Assembly (NCBI GenBank): GCA_041663445.1
Contig: JBAYMR010000001.1
Location: forward strand, 47,393-111,392
Source: Candidatus Micrarchaeia archaeon
GTDB lineage: Archaea; Micrarchaeota; Micrarchaeia; Anstonellales; Anstonellaceae
DNA: 64,000 nt
Direction of reading: 5' to 3'
The first letter of the stretch is position 1. Every line of letters begins with the position of its first letter. The position numbers and the translations under genes are program-made. Shown here piece after piece: positions 38,518-46,892 of the stretch. The notes under the pieces are model-generated. The model worked only from the letters and a program-made list of their open reading frames with translations, did not search any database and was not told the origin of the DNA.

Positions 38518-39093
38518 ATGGATAACATGCTTGAAAGGCTGATAAAATCAAGGACCGCCGTGAATGTGATTGGCGTGGCGCTTTTCCATGACGGGCTGCA
38601 TCTGCGGGAGATTGCAAGAAGGGCGGGCACCGCGCCGTCCCAGGCAAAGCGCGAGCTTGATGCGCTCGTGGCGCTCGGCGTGTTGGGGAAGGAAAAGAAA
38701 GGGAACATTTGCATCTATCACCAGAGGAAGGAATGCCCTATTTTTGGAGATTTGAGGAACCTGTACCTCAAAACGGACGGGGCTGTTGGGGAGGTTTGCG
38801 CCAGGCTTTTGAAAGTGGACGGCATCAGCCGCGCGTTCATTTACGGAAGCATGGCAGGCGGGGCATTTGGCGAGCGCTCGGACGTCGACGTCATGGTGGT
38901 TGGCACGGCAGATGATGGCGTGCTCTCGCAGGCGATGTTTGAGGCGCAGAAAAGGACAGGCAGGGAGATAAATTATATATTATGGGGCGAAAAGGATTAT
39001 GCGCAAAAGGCTAAGGAGAGGGGCGCGTTTTTCAAGTCCGTTGCAGCGGGAAAGAAAATCTGGCTTGTTGGTGAGAAGGTTGGATTTGGCTGA
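38518..39093 (+). CDS. Winged-HTH + minimal nucleotidyltransferase (MNT/Pol-beta superfamily) protein
   Basis: NTase motif GSMAGGAFGERSDVDVMVV (GS...SD.D). N-terminal ~90 aa is HTH-like. Start trimmed to MDNMLERL. Confidence 0.65.
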   Translation: MDNMLERLIKSRTAVNVIGVALFHDGLHLREIARRAGTAPSQAKRELDALVALGVLGKEKKGNICIYHQRKECPIFGDLRNLYLKTDGAVGEVCARLLKVDGISRAFIYGSMAGGAFGERSDVDVMVVGTADDGVLSQAMFEAQKRTGREINYILWGEKDYAQKAKERGAFFKSVAAGKKIWLVGEKVGFG

Positions 39094-39149
39094 AATGCTC
39101 AAGCGAAGGGCGTGCGCACCCTAGTAGTTGAGTCGGCAATCAGGAAAGC

Positions 39150-39458
39150 ATGTGGCGCGCAGTAGCTTTTTATTTGCGATGTGCCTATAGTTACATCAAC
39201 TTCCCAGCCGCGCAGGTGCAAAGCATGATAATTTACTTCTACGACCTGAAAACCAAGCTAAAGGACTACAACAGGATAAAGCGCATGTTCTACTACGACC
39301 TGAAGAAAAGCCGCCTTTCCACCTATCCCACGAAAACAAAGTCCGTGATAATCGTGGACGACAGCGGCGAGGCGATGGCTGACCGCTTCTTCATGCGCCA
39401 CCGCAAGCACATCGAGTGCTACAAAGCGCGCTGCACGAGCATTGAGGAGATATTTTAA
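39150..39458 (+). CDS. Hypothetical protein (102 aa; possible 77-aa form from the internal Met)
   Basis: ORF directly downstream of the MNT gene and upstream of rad50. Contains RFFMRHRKH (Rx4H-like). Confidence 0.3.
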   Translation: MWRAVAFYLRCAYSYINFPAAQVQSMIIYFYDLKTKLKDYNRIKRMFYYDLKKSRLSTYPTKTKSVIIVDDSGEAMADRFFMRHRKHIECYKARCTSIEEIF

Positions 39459-39491
39459 CATTTCAGATATAGAATTGACCGGGAGACGCGC

Positions 39492-41789
39492 ATGATTACA
39501 GAACTGTCGCTTGAGAACTGGAAATCCCATTCTTCCTCGTCATTCAGCTTCGGCAAGGGGACCAACGTGCTCCTGGGCAGGATGGGCGCGGGGAAGTCGT
39601 CCGTGCTTGACGCGCTTTGCTTTGCGCTTTACGGGACTTTCCCGAAAATGAGCAGGCGCGACCAGTCCACGGAGTCGGTGGTGAACATCGCCTCGGGCGC
39701 GGAATATGCCTCGGTGTCGCTTGCGTTCGAGCGGCAGGGGAAGAGATACGGGATAACTCGCAGGGTGGGGAAGAAAACCGCGGAGGCCGAAATCCGCGCC
39801 GACGGGAAGCTTGTGCAGAAGGGCGCGAAGCAGGTGACGGATTATGTCACGGACGCGCTTGGCGTGGACTATGAGCTTTTCACGCGCGCAATCTATTCCG
39901 AGCAGAACAGGATGGACCATCTGCTTTCGCTCACGCCGAGGAACCGGAAGACCGAGATAGACTGGCTGCTGGGGCTGGGGGACTTTGACACCGCGCGCGA
40001 GGCTGCGCAGTCCGCATCCGGGAAGCTGTCCGAGCAGGCCGCCCTCCTGCGCGCGGATGCCGACCCGAAAAAGGCCGAGGAGAAGTCGAAAAAGGCGCAG
40101 GAGCAGCGCGAGGCCGAGAAAAAGCTTTCGGAATCGTGCACGGCGCTTGGCAAGAGGAAAATCGGGCTTGTGGAAAAATGCAGGCATGCGGGGGCGGCGC
40201 TGTCTGCGCTTGAAAAGGCGAGAAGCGAGTGGAGGAAGAGGAAGACCGAGTGCGACCTGCTGTCCGGAAGCATGCAGAGGATGGCGCGCGAGGCCGAGGG
40301 CAGGCAGAGATTGCCCGAGGAGAGCATTGCAATGCTCGCGTCGGAAAGGAAGTCGCTTGAGGAAAAATTGTCCTCGGGCAAATCTTCGGCAAAAAAGCTC
40401 GCGGAGAGGCTGTCGGCTGCAAAAAGCGGTTTGGCAGTCGTCCAAAAGTCAATAGAGCTGTCATCCGCGCAGGAAAGGAAAAGGGCGGAAATGGAGAGGC
40501 GGCTGTCCTTGCTTCTGGGAGGGAAGACGGAGCGCCAGATTGAAGCCGAGCTTGCGGCGCACAAGACGGATGCGGAGAAGCTGTCGTCCGAGCGCGCGCG
40601 GCTCGCGGCTGAGGCGGATGAGCTTGGGAAGGCTGCCCACGCGCTGCACACGGCTGGCGCAAAATGCCCGGTCTGCGATTCCGCGCTTGAGCACGGGAAG
40701 GCGGAGGAGATGTCGCAGGCAAAGAAGGCAGGCGCATCCGAGAGGGAAGCCAGGGCAAAAGCCTGCGCGCTTGACATTTCAAAAAAGAAAGGCGTGATTT
40801 CCAGTCTTGAGGCCGCAATTGCCGACATCCGGCTGTGCACTGCGCAATTGGAGCGCATGAAAGCCGAGGCAGCCGACATCCCCGCGCTTGAAGCGAGGAA
40901 AAAGTCCGCGCAGGAGCAGGCCGCCCTGCTTGAAGCCTCGGCAAATGCCGAAGAGGAAGGGATAGCGCGCACTGAAAAGCTGCTTGAGGGCGCAAGGGAA
41001 ACGCATGAGGAGGCGGTGCGCACGGGGAAGCTCTTTTCCGAGCTTGAGGCCGTGAAGAAAAAGCATGCGGAAGCGTCCGCTGCGCAATCCTCGCTCATGT
41101 TTGACGAGGAGAAATACGAGGCAGCGCGGAAAGCCGCGGAGGAGCTGTCCGTCTCGCTTGCGCGCGTGGAGTCTGATTTTTCAGGGGAGGAGAGGAGGCT
41201 GGAGCTTGTGTCGAGCCTCCGCGAGGTGCTGGAAGCCGAGCTTGCCGAAATGAAAGGCAAGGCGGCGCTTGCGGGGAAATTTGCGGATGCCGCGCAGGAG
41301 ATGATGATTTACAGGAACAGCCTCTCCGCGGCGCAATCCGAGCTCCGCTTCACGCTTGTCGGGGAGATAAACGAGGCATTGGCAGAGGTCTGGCCTGCGA
41401 TTTACCCATATGCGGATTACGACGCCGTGAAGCTCGAGGCCGACGAGAAGGACTACCGGCTCCTGATGCATAAGGATGGCTGGCGCGAGGTGGACAGCGT
41501 GGCGTCAGGAGGCGAGCGCGCGTGCCTTTGCCTGTCGCTCCGCATCGCGTTTGCCACCGTGCTCACGCCCGACATAGGCTGGCTCATACTTGACGAGCCC
41601 ACGCACAACCTTGACGCCGAGGCGGTCGGCCTGCTGGCCGAGGCGATAAACCAGAAGATACCCTCCATCGTGGAGCAGACGTTCGTGATAACGCACGACC
41701 CTGCGCTTGGCGAGGCTGCGGAGGGCTCGGTTTTCAGGCTGGAGCGCGACAAGAGCAAAGGAGAGGACACGAAAGTGGAGAAAATCTGA
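39492..41789 (+). CDS. rad50: Rad50 (SMC-like DSB-repair ATPase with zinc hook)
   Basis: N-terminal Walker A LLGRMGAGKSS, long coiled coils with a central CPVCDSAL zinc hook, and a C-terminal signature/D-loop region (...SGGERACLCLSLRIAFA...LILDEPTHNLD). Confidence 0.85.
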   Translation: MITELSLENWKSHSSSSFSFGKGTNVLLGRMGAGKSSVLDALCFALYGTFPKMSRRDQSTESVVNIASGAEYASVSLAFERQGKRYGITRRVGKKTAEAEIRADGKLVQKGAKQVTDYVTDALGVDYELFTRAIYSEQNRMDHLLSLTPRNRKTEIDWLLGLGDFDTAREAAQSASGKLSEQAALLRADADPKKAEEKSKKAQEQREAEKKLSESCTALGKRKIGLVEKCRHAGAALSALEKARSEWRKRKTECDLLSGSMQRMAREAEGRQRLPEESIAMLASERKSLEEKLSSGKSSAKKLAERLSAAKSGLAVVQKSIELSSAQERKRAEMERRLSLLLGGKTERQIEAELAAHKTDAEKLSSERARLAAEADELGKAAHALHTAGAKCPVCDSALEHGKAEEMSQAKKAGASEREARAKACALDISKKKGVISSLEAAIADIRLCTAQLERMKAEAADIPALEARKKSAQEQAALLEASANAEEEGIARTEKLLEGARETHEEAVRTGKLFSELEAVKKKHAEASAAQSSLMFDEEKYEAARKAAEELSVSLARVESDFSGEERRLELVSSLREVLEAELAEMKGKAALAGKFADAAQEMMIYRNSLSAAQSELRFTLVGEINEALAEVWPAIYPYADYDAVKLEADEKDYRLLMHKDGWREVDSVASGGERACLCLSLRIAFATVLTPDIGWLILDEPTHNLDAEAVGLLAEAINQKIPSIVEQTFVITHDPALGEAAEGSVFRLERDKSKGEDTKVEKI

Positions 41790-41826
41790 TTTTCAGCAGG
41801 CGCTGACAGAATGGGGAGAATAATAG

Positions 41827-42480
41827 CTAGAAGAAAGGTATTATTTTCATCGCCGACTGCACGAGCGCGTCCTTCGGAGCGGCGCGATTCCCCTTTTTCC
41901 GCAGGTGCTGCGCTATTTCGTGCCTGCAGACTGGCGAGTGCGAAAGGTAGGCTGATGCAAGGCGCGGCAAGTCGGCCTCCGACGACATGCCGGACGAGAC
42001 AAGCGCGCGGAGCGTGGAGACTGCCTCGTAGAACGTGGTCTCGCCTTCGTGGAGGGCGAATACCTGCGAGGGGTTGAGGAGCTTTGCCTCCCTTCCCGAG
42101 AATTCCACTGCCCCGGGGGAAAGCCCGCCGCAGCCAAACCCCTGCGTGTGGAGGGCGGCAAGCCTTTTCACGACTGCAGCGGAAAACGCCTTGCGCTCGT
42201 CGCGCGCGATTGCCTTCCCTTTCCTGCCGCAGGAGCGGCACACCACGAATATTTCGCCCTGCTGTGCGCATACGTAGCCCACCGGCTCCGCAGTGTGCTC
42301 GGAAAGCCCCTCTGAGCAAACGAGCGCCATCTGCGCGTGGGGCTCGGACTGCGCGCGGGAGAAGCTGAACTGCTCGCTCCGCTCGGCAAAGGAAGCCCCT
42401 TCCGCGGCATTGTGCCGGTCCAGAGGGTAGCTCAGGTGCTCAAACCCCTGCGCGAGCACCGCAAACCTGTTACTGCCCAT
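41827..42480 (-). CDS. Hypothetical protein (217 aa)
   Basis: ORF with no recognisable motifs; overlaps the next ORF by 11 nt. Confidence 0.35.
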   Translation of the reverse strand: MGSNRFAVLAQGFEHLSYPLDRHNAAEGASFAERSEQFSFSRAQSEPHAQMALVCSEGLSEHTAEPVGYVCAQQGEIFVVCRSCGRKGKAIARDERKAFSAAVVKRLAALHTQGFGCGGLSPGAVEFSGREAKLLNPSQVFALHEGETTFYEAVSTLRALVSSGMSSEADLPRLASAYLSHSPVCRHEIAQHLRKKGNRAAPKDALVQSAMKIIPFF

Positions 42481-42664
42481 AAGCGTACCTCTGGAATGTT
42501 TTCTTGCCGACCACTAGCGCCGAAACGTTCACCGCGCGAACGCGGGCAAGCGGCAGGCGCGAATTCATGGGAAGGTAGTTGAAGTCCTCCTTCCTTGTCT
42601 TGACCCTGAAGAATTCCTGAACGCCGTTCCTGACATTTTTCGCAACTTCCTTGAATCTTAGCAT
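42470..42664 (-). CDS. Hypothetical small basic protein (64 aa)
   Basis: ORF with an 11-nt overlap to 41827..42480; possibly translationally coupled. Confidence 0.25.
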   Translation of the reverse strand: MLRFKEVAKNVRNGVQEFFRVKTRKEDFNYLPMNSRLPLARVRAVNVSALVVGKKTFQRYAYGQ

Positions 42665-42980
42665 TTTTCCTCACCGTTTTTTTTTGCCATAATCCCGTTT
42701 CTAATCGATATTCGTCATTGCAAGCCAGGCTCAGCCCGAAAAACTTCTGCCCGGCTCTCTTTTTTCCAGAGGCCCCTGCAATTTGCCAAGGTCACAAAGG
42801 CCAGTCTTCAAGATGGAAGAATATACTTTCCAAAAATAGGGCTAGGCATATGGCAATCCGTAACATTGCATTTGTTGCAGTTTGACACCATGTCAAGCCT
42901 CCCGCTTATTTCCATTAGGGAACAATTTAAAAAAGAATGGGGAGGTGCACATTTTTGTGCAGATGCGATGGCGAAAAACG

Positions 42981-43925
42981 TCAAGAAACCGCATTTTTGT
43001 CCTTGATTTCCGCAAGCTTTGCCTTCAGGAGCATGGCCGATTCTTTCGGTATTTCCGAGACCATCACCACTTCGGTGCCAAGCTCAAAGCCCGCCCAGAT
43101 GGACAGGCGCGAGGCCACCTCGATGTGGAACGGGAAGGCTCCGCCCGCGTGCGGGCAGGAATGGAAGACGAGATTGTATGGGCCAAAGCACGTCGCAGCG
43201 TCAAGCGCGGCGAGCACGGACTTGAGGATGGACGCGAGCGAGCGCAGCTGTTCGCCGGAAAGCTCGTGAAGGGAATTTGCGTCAGCCACGGGGGAAATCC
43301 ACGTCTCGAAATGGTAGCGCGGCGCTGACGGGCAGAATGCAATGAAGTGCGCATTCTGCGCAAACACGTTCTTGAGCGGCTTTCTCTTCATCGCGGCGAC
43401 CTTGCCCGCCTTCTTCGCAAGCTTCCTGACATAGTCGGGCACGAACGGCATGCCCACCAGCTGGGTGTGCGAATGCTCAAGCGAGGCCCCGGCAGCCTCG
43501 CCCTCGTTCTTGAACACGATGGTGTAGGCGAGCTTCGGGTCGCGCCTGGCATCCGCCATCCTGCGCTTCACCATGGAAAGGTAATCGAAAAGGTTTTCCT
43601 CGCCAAGCTCCGAGAGCGCCTTTTGGTGCTCCGGCGTCTCCACGATGATTTCATGCCTGCCATAAGCCTTCTTGCTGCCGGCGCAGAATGCCGGGAACTT
43701 GTTGGGGAAGCAGCGCACTTCCCACTTGCCGCCCTTTTCAATCCTGTCAATCTCGGTGGGCGTGAGGCTTTCGTTCCCGGGGCAGAAGAAACACTTGCCC
43801 GGGACGGCAGCCTTTACAGGGCGCTCCCTCGGCGGATAATCGTACGGCCTTGCCCCGCGCACCGCGGTTATCACCACGCGCCTGCCTATGATGTCCTTGC
43901 GGACCTCGTTGACTGGTTTTGCCAT
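42981..43925 (-). CDS. GalT-like HIT-superfamily nucleotidyltransferase (galactose-1-phosphate uridylyltransferase family)
   Basis: N-terminal CFFCPGNE zinc motif and the HSHTQL (HxHxQ) active-site motif. Start trimmed to MAKPVNEV. Confidence 0.7.
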   Translation of the reverse strand: MAKPVNEVRKDIIGRRVVITAVRGARPYDYPPRERPVKAAVPGKCFFCPGNESLTPTEIDRIEKGGKWEVRCFPNKFPAFCAGSKKAYGRHEIIVETPEHQKALSELGEENLFDYLSMVKRRMADARRDPKLAYTIVFKNEGEAAGASLEHSHTQLVGMPFVPDYVRKLAKKAGKVAAMKRKPLKNVFAQNAHFIAFCPSAPRYHFETWISPVADANSLHELSGEQLRSLASILKSVLAALDAATCFGPYNLVFHSCPHAGGAFPFHIEVASRLSIWAGFELGTEVVMVSEIPKESAMLLKAKLAEIKDKNAVS

Positions 43926-44034
43926 GAGAACACCCCGGCTTGCATCCTGGCCAAGCATAACCGCGCCCGCCATTTGCGCCCGCTTCGCCGCCCGCAGCCG
44001 TCTGCGCCTTCCTTTTCCGCGCCAGCCATCCGGC

Positions 44035-45552
44035 CTACAGGAACGCTTCCACGTCCTCTTTCTTCTTCACGCTGTCCTCCTCGAACTTGCGCGCGATGAG
44101 CTCAAGGTCTTTGCCCTTGGCTGAGAAAACGACCCTGCGCTTCCGTATCTTGACAAACACCGGCGAGCCTACAGCCTCGCCCACGAAAAGCGCCTCGCCC
44201 ACGCGCAGCGTGGTGATGGAATCCAGCATCGCCTTGTCAATCCCCTCGCACGACTCGCCCACGTGGTCAATGTCGAACGGGTTGGTAATCCTCAGGATGA
44301 TGTTTGTATTGCACTGCGCGAGCGCGGTGGTGGCAAGCTGAACGGGCCTCTGGGAAATGAGGCACAGGCACGCGCCGAATTTCCTTCCCTCGCGCGCAAT
44401 CGTGATTATCGGCCCCTTGGCAAGCGCATGGCGCTTTTCCGCCTTCTCCGGCGCATAGTTGTGCGCCTCCTCCACCACGAGGACGAATGGCGGGATTTTC
44501 TCCTTTTTCCGCAATTTGAAAAGCCGCCTGCACAGGTACGAGACGATGAGCTGCTTTTTCTTGGAGTGGTCTATTTCGGAAAGGTCGAACACGGTGAGCT
44601 TCCCGGGCGACACGACATCCTCCAGCTTTGGGGAGTCGGTTGCGCCGAACAGGCGGAGCGAGCGGAGCTCGGAAAGCCAGGCAAGGAGAGGGCGCTTCAC
44701 GTTGTCCTTTTTCTTGTCGGCCATCTCGGTTTCCACGCGCGAAATCAAATCCTCAAGCGTGTATGCCTCGTGCTTTTCCTTGCTTTCCTTCCTCAGCGCC
44801 TCCATTATGGGGGCAAGCTCGCGCATCTGCGTGGAGGAAATCTCCGGCGCCCACTCTGCAAGCATGGAAGGCGTGATTTTCCTGAAAGCAATCCTGAATT
44901 TCTTCGCGCCGACGACATTCGTGCTCTTGGAATATTGCGTCTGGCGGAAGCCCACGTATTCCCCGTGGCTGTCAAGCACCACGACGGCCATCCTGCCGTC
45001 CTCCGGCTTGCGGTCAAGCAATTCCTCGATGAGCACCGATGTGAAATAAGACTTTCCGCTGCCGGACATCGCCAGTATTGCAAGGTGCTTCTGGAGCAGC
45101 CTGCCCATGGAGATTTTCGCTGGCAGGGAATGGTGCTGGAGGTTTCCAAGCATCAGCCCGTTGTCGTCAAGCAGCAGGAATTTCTTGAGAAGCGCGTCCT
45201 CGGCAAGCACCACCTTGCTTCCGGGCGCGACAGGGTACGTGGAGCGCGAGATGTTTTCCCCCTCGAACACGCCGTGCACGCGCGCGTTTGCCACTGCGTA
45301 TTCCCACTCGCCGGTAGGGAATGACTGGGAAAGCGGAAGGTTGCGCTCGTATTCCGCGACGGATTCCGCGCGCTCGAAATAGCGGTTCGCGCGCGTGATT
45401 TCGGTCACGGACGCCAGCACGAATCCGGACGGGGATTGCACCTTGACAAACTGCCCCTTGCGCACTTTTTGGGACAGTATCACGAATGAGAATGCGATTG
45501 TTGTCGGGCCCTCCAGGGTGGAGACCACTGTTCCGGCTTCGTCATCTGCCAT
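44035..45552 (-). CDS. herA: HerA-type helicase/ATPase (DUF87)
   Basis: N-terminal barrel domain, Walker A AILAMSGSGKS, Walker B, then EARKFG-like (AREGRKFGACLCLISQRP). Confidence 0.8.
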   Translation of the reverse strand: MADDEAGTVVSTLEGPTTIAFSFVILSQKVRKGQFVKVQSPSGFVLASVTEITRANRYFERAESVAEYERNLPLSQSFPTGEWEYAVANARVHGVFEGENISRSTYPVAPGSKVVLAEDALLKKFLLLDDNGLMLGNLQHHSLPAKISMGRLLQKHLAILAMSGSGKSYFTSVLIEELLDRKPEDGRMAVVVLDSHGEYVGFRQTQYSKSTNVVGAKKFRIAFRKITPSMLAEWAPEISSTQMRELAPIMEALRKESKEKHEAYTLEDLISRVETEMADKKKDNVKRPLLAWLSELRSLRLFGATDSPKLEDVVSPGKLTVFDLSEIDHSKKKQLIVSYLCRRLFKLRKKEKIPPFVLVVEEAHNYAPEKAEKRHALAKGPIITIAREGRKFGACLCLISQRPVQLATTALAQCNTNIILRITNPFDIDHVGESCEGIDKAMLDSITTLRVGEALFVGEAVGSPVFVKIRKRRVVFSAKGKDLELIARKFEEDSVKKKEDVEAFL

Positions 45553-45609
45553 GCCATTTTTTCCGCATTATACCTTTTAAACAGGAGCCGAGAATTCATT
45601 GCGAGATAT

Positions 45610-46095
45610 ATGCCTCAGGCAAACGAGCTTCCATTTTCCGCGCGCTACTCGCTTCCGGCGCAGGTCAGCCAGAACCTGGGAGACGTCTCATGGGAATCCG
45701 TGGTGCAGCTTTCCACCGACTTCCAGGTGCGCACCGAGGAAAAGAGGACGAAGGTGCGCAAGCTTGTCAAGGAGCTCCAGATGTCCCGCCTCATACTGAT
45801 GGAAAGGATAAGCAGGGGCACGAAAGAGGGGAGGATTGACCCGAAGCTCCTGGTTGACGTTGTCAGGCTGCTGCAGCGCTGCGAGGAGGCGATGGAGGAG
45901 CACGACATTGACCTGAAGGAGTTTTCCACCTACCTTTACATAGTTGCCGAGAAGCTGAAGAAGGAGAAGATGACACGGCATGAAGGCGCGGGCATGGGCG
46001 GCGCCGTGCCCATGAAGGAGGATTTCGCGCGCCTGAAGAGCGGGAAGGGGCGGCTGCCTTTTGGAAAGATGATGGGAAATGCAAGGAAAAAGTAA
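45610..46095 (+). CDS. Hypothetical protein (161 aa)
   Basis: ORF only. Confidence 0.35.
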   Translation: MPQANELPFSARYSLPAQVSQNLGDVSWESVVQLSTDFQVRTEEKRTKVRKLVKELQMSRLILMERISRGTKEGRIDPKLLVDVVRLLQRCEEAMEEHDIDLKEFSTYLYIVAEKLKKEKMTRHEGAGMGGAVPMKEDFARLKSGKGRLPFGKMMGNARKK

Positions 46096-46115
46096 AATCC
46101 GCAACGGTAATTATT

Positions 46116-46820
46116 ATGGAATGGAAATTCGACAACGACTCGTTGGAATTCTCAGGGAGGAAAATCAAGCCGTCCGTGCGCAAGCTCCTGGAAATGACGC
46201 CGGTGCTTGCAACGCCGAAAAAAGACACGGGCCTTGAGGCGGATTCGCCGACATACTACATGTACCGCGATGTCGCGCACTTCGGGAAAATCCGCTACGA
46301 CGTCACGAGGATACTTTCGCTTGACCTTGCGGGGGAGAGGAACAAGACGCTGGGGCACGTCCATCCGCGCTCGCCCAAGGGCACGCCGTGGCCGGAAGTT
46401 TATGAAGTTCTCTCCGGCGAGGCGCATTTCCTATTGCAGAAAGTGACGCAGCTTGGCGTGCAGGATGCCGTGCTGCTTTCGGCGAAAAAGGGCGAGTGCC
46501 TCCTCATCCCGCCGGGATACGGGCATGTCACGATAAACGCTGGCAAGCGCGAATTGGTGCTGGGCAACCTGGTCTCGTCCGACTTTGACGCGGACTACTC
46601 CCAATTCCTCCGCCTGCGCGGCGGCTGCTATTATGAAATGAGCGACGGCAAGCTTGTGAAGAACAGGAACTACGGCGGCGACTTTGAACTCCGCCAGCTC
46701 CGCGCGCCCGAGTTCTCATCCGCCTTCGGCGCCTACGCGCCGTTCAGGAAGGGGCTGCTTGAGGCCGTGAAGAACGTTGCGGACATTGAATTCCTGAAGA
46801 AGCCCGAGATGTTCTACTGA
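46116..46820 (+). CDS. pgiA: Cupin-type glucose-6-phosphate isomerase (archaeal cPGI)
   Basis: TLGHVHP....PEVYEVLSGEAHF...PPGYGHVTIN cupin motifs, characteristic of Pyrococcus-type PGI. Confidence 0.75.
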   Translation: MEWKFDNDSLEFSGRKIKPSVRKLLEMTPVLATPKKDTGLEADSPTYYMYRDVAHFGKIRYDVTRILSLDLAGERNKTLGHVHPRSPKGTPWPEVYEVLSGEAHFLLQKVTQLGVQDAVLLSAKKGECLLIPPGYGHVTINAGKRELVLGNLVSSDFDADYSQFLRLRGGCYYEMSDGKLVKNRNYGGDFELRQLRAPEFSSAFGAYAPFRKGLLEAVKNVADIEFLKKPEMFY

Positions 46821-46892
46821 GCCTTGCCATGCGCTGCTTGCCCGAAGCCGCCTTGCTCGTATTGTTTTTCCCCTTGCAAACTTGCCGCGCGC

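Noticed and set aside
39893-41260. 455-aa and 354-aa antisense ORFs inside rad50
   Set aside because: Low-complexity Ser/Ala/Pro/Arg-rich translations opposite a well-supported Rad50 coiled-coil region; a typical high-GC antisense artefact.
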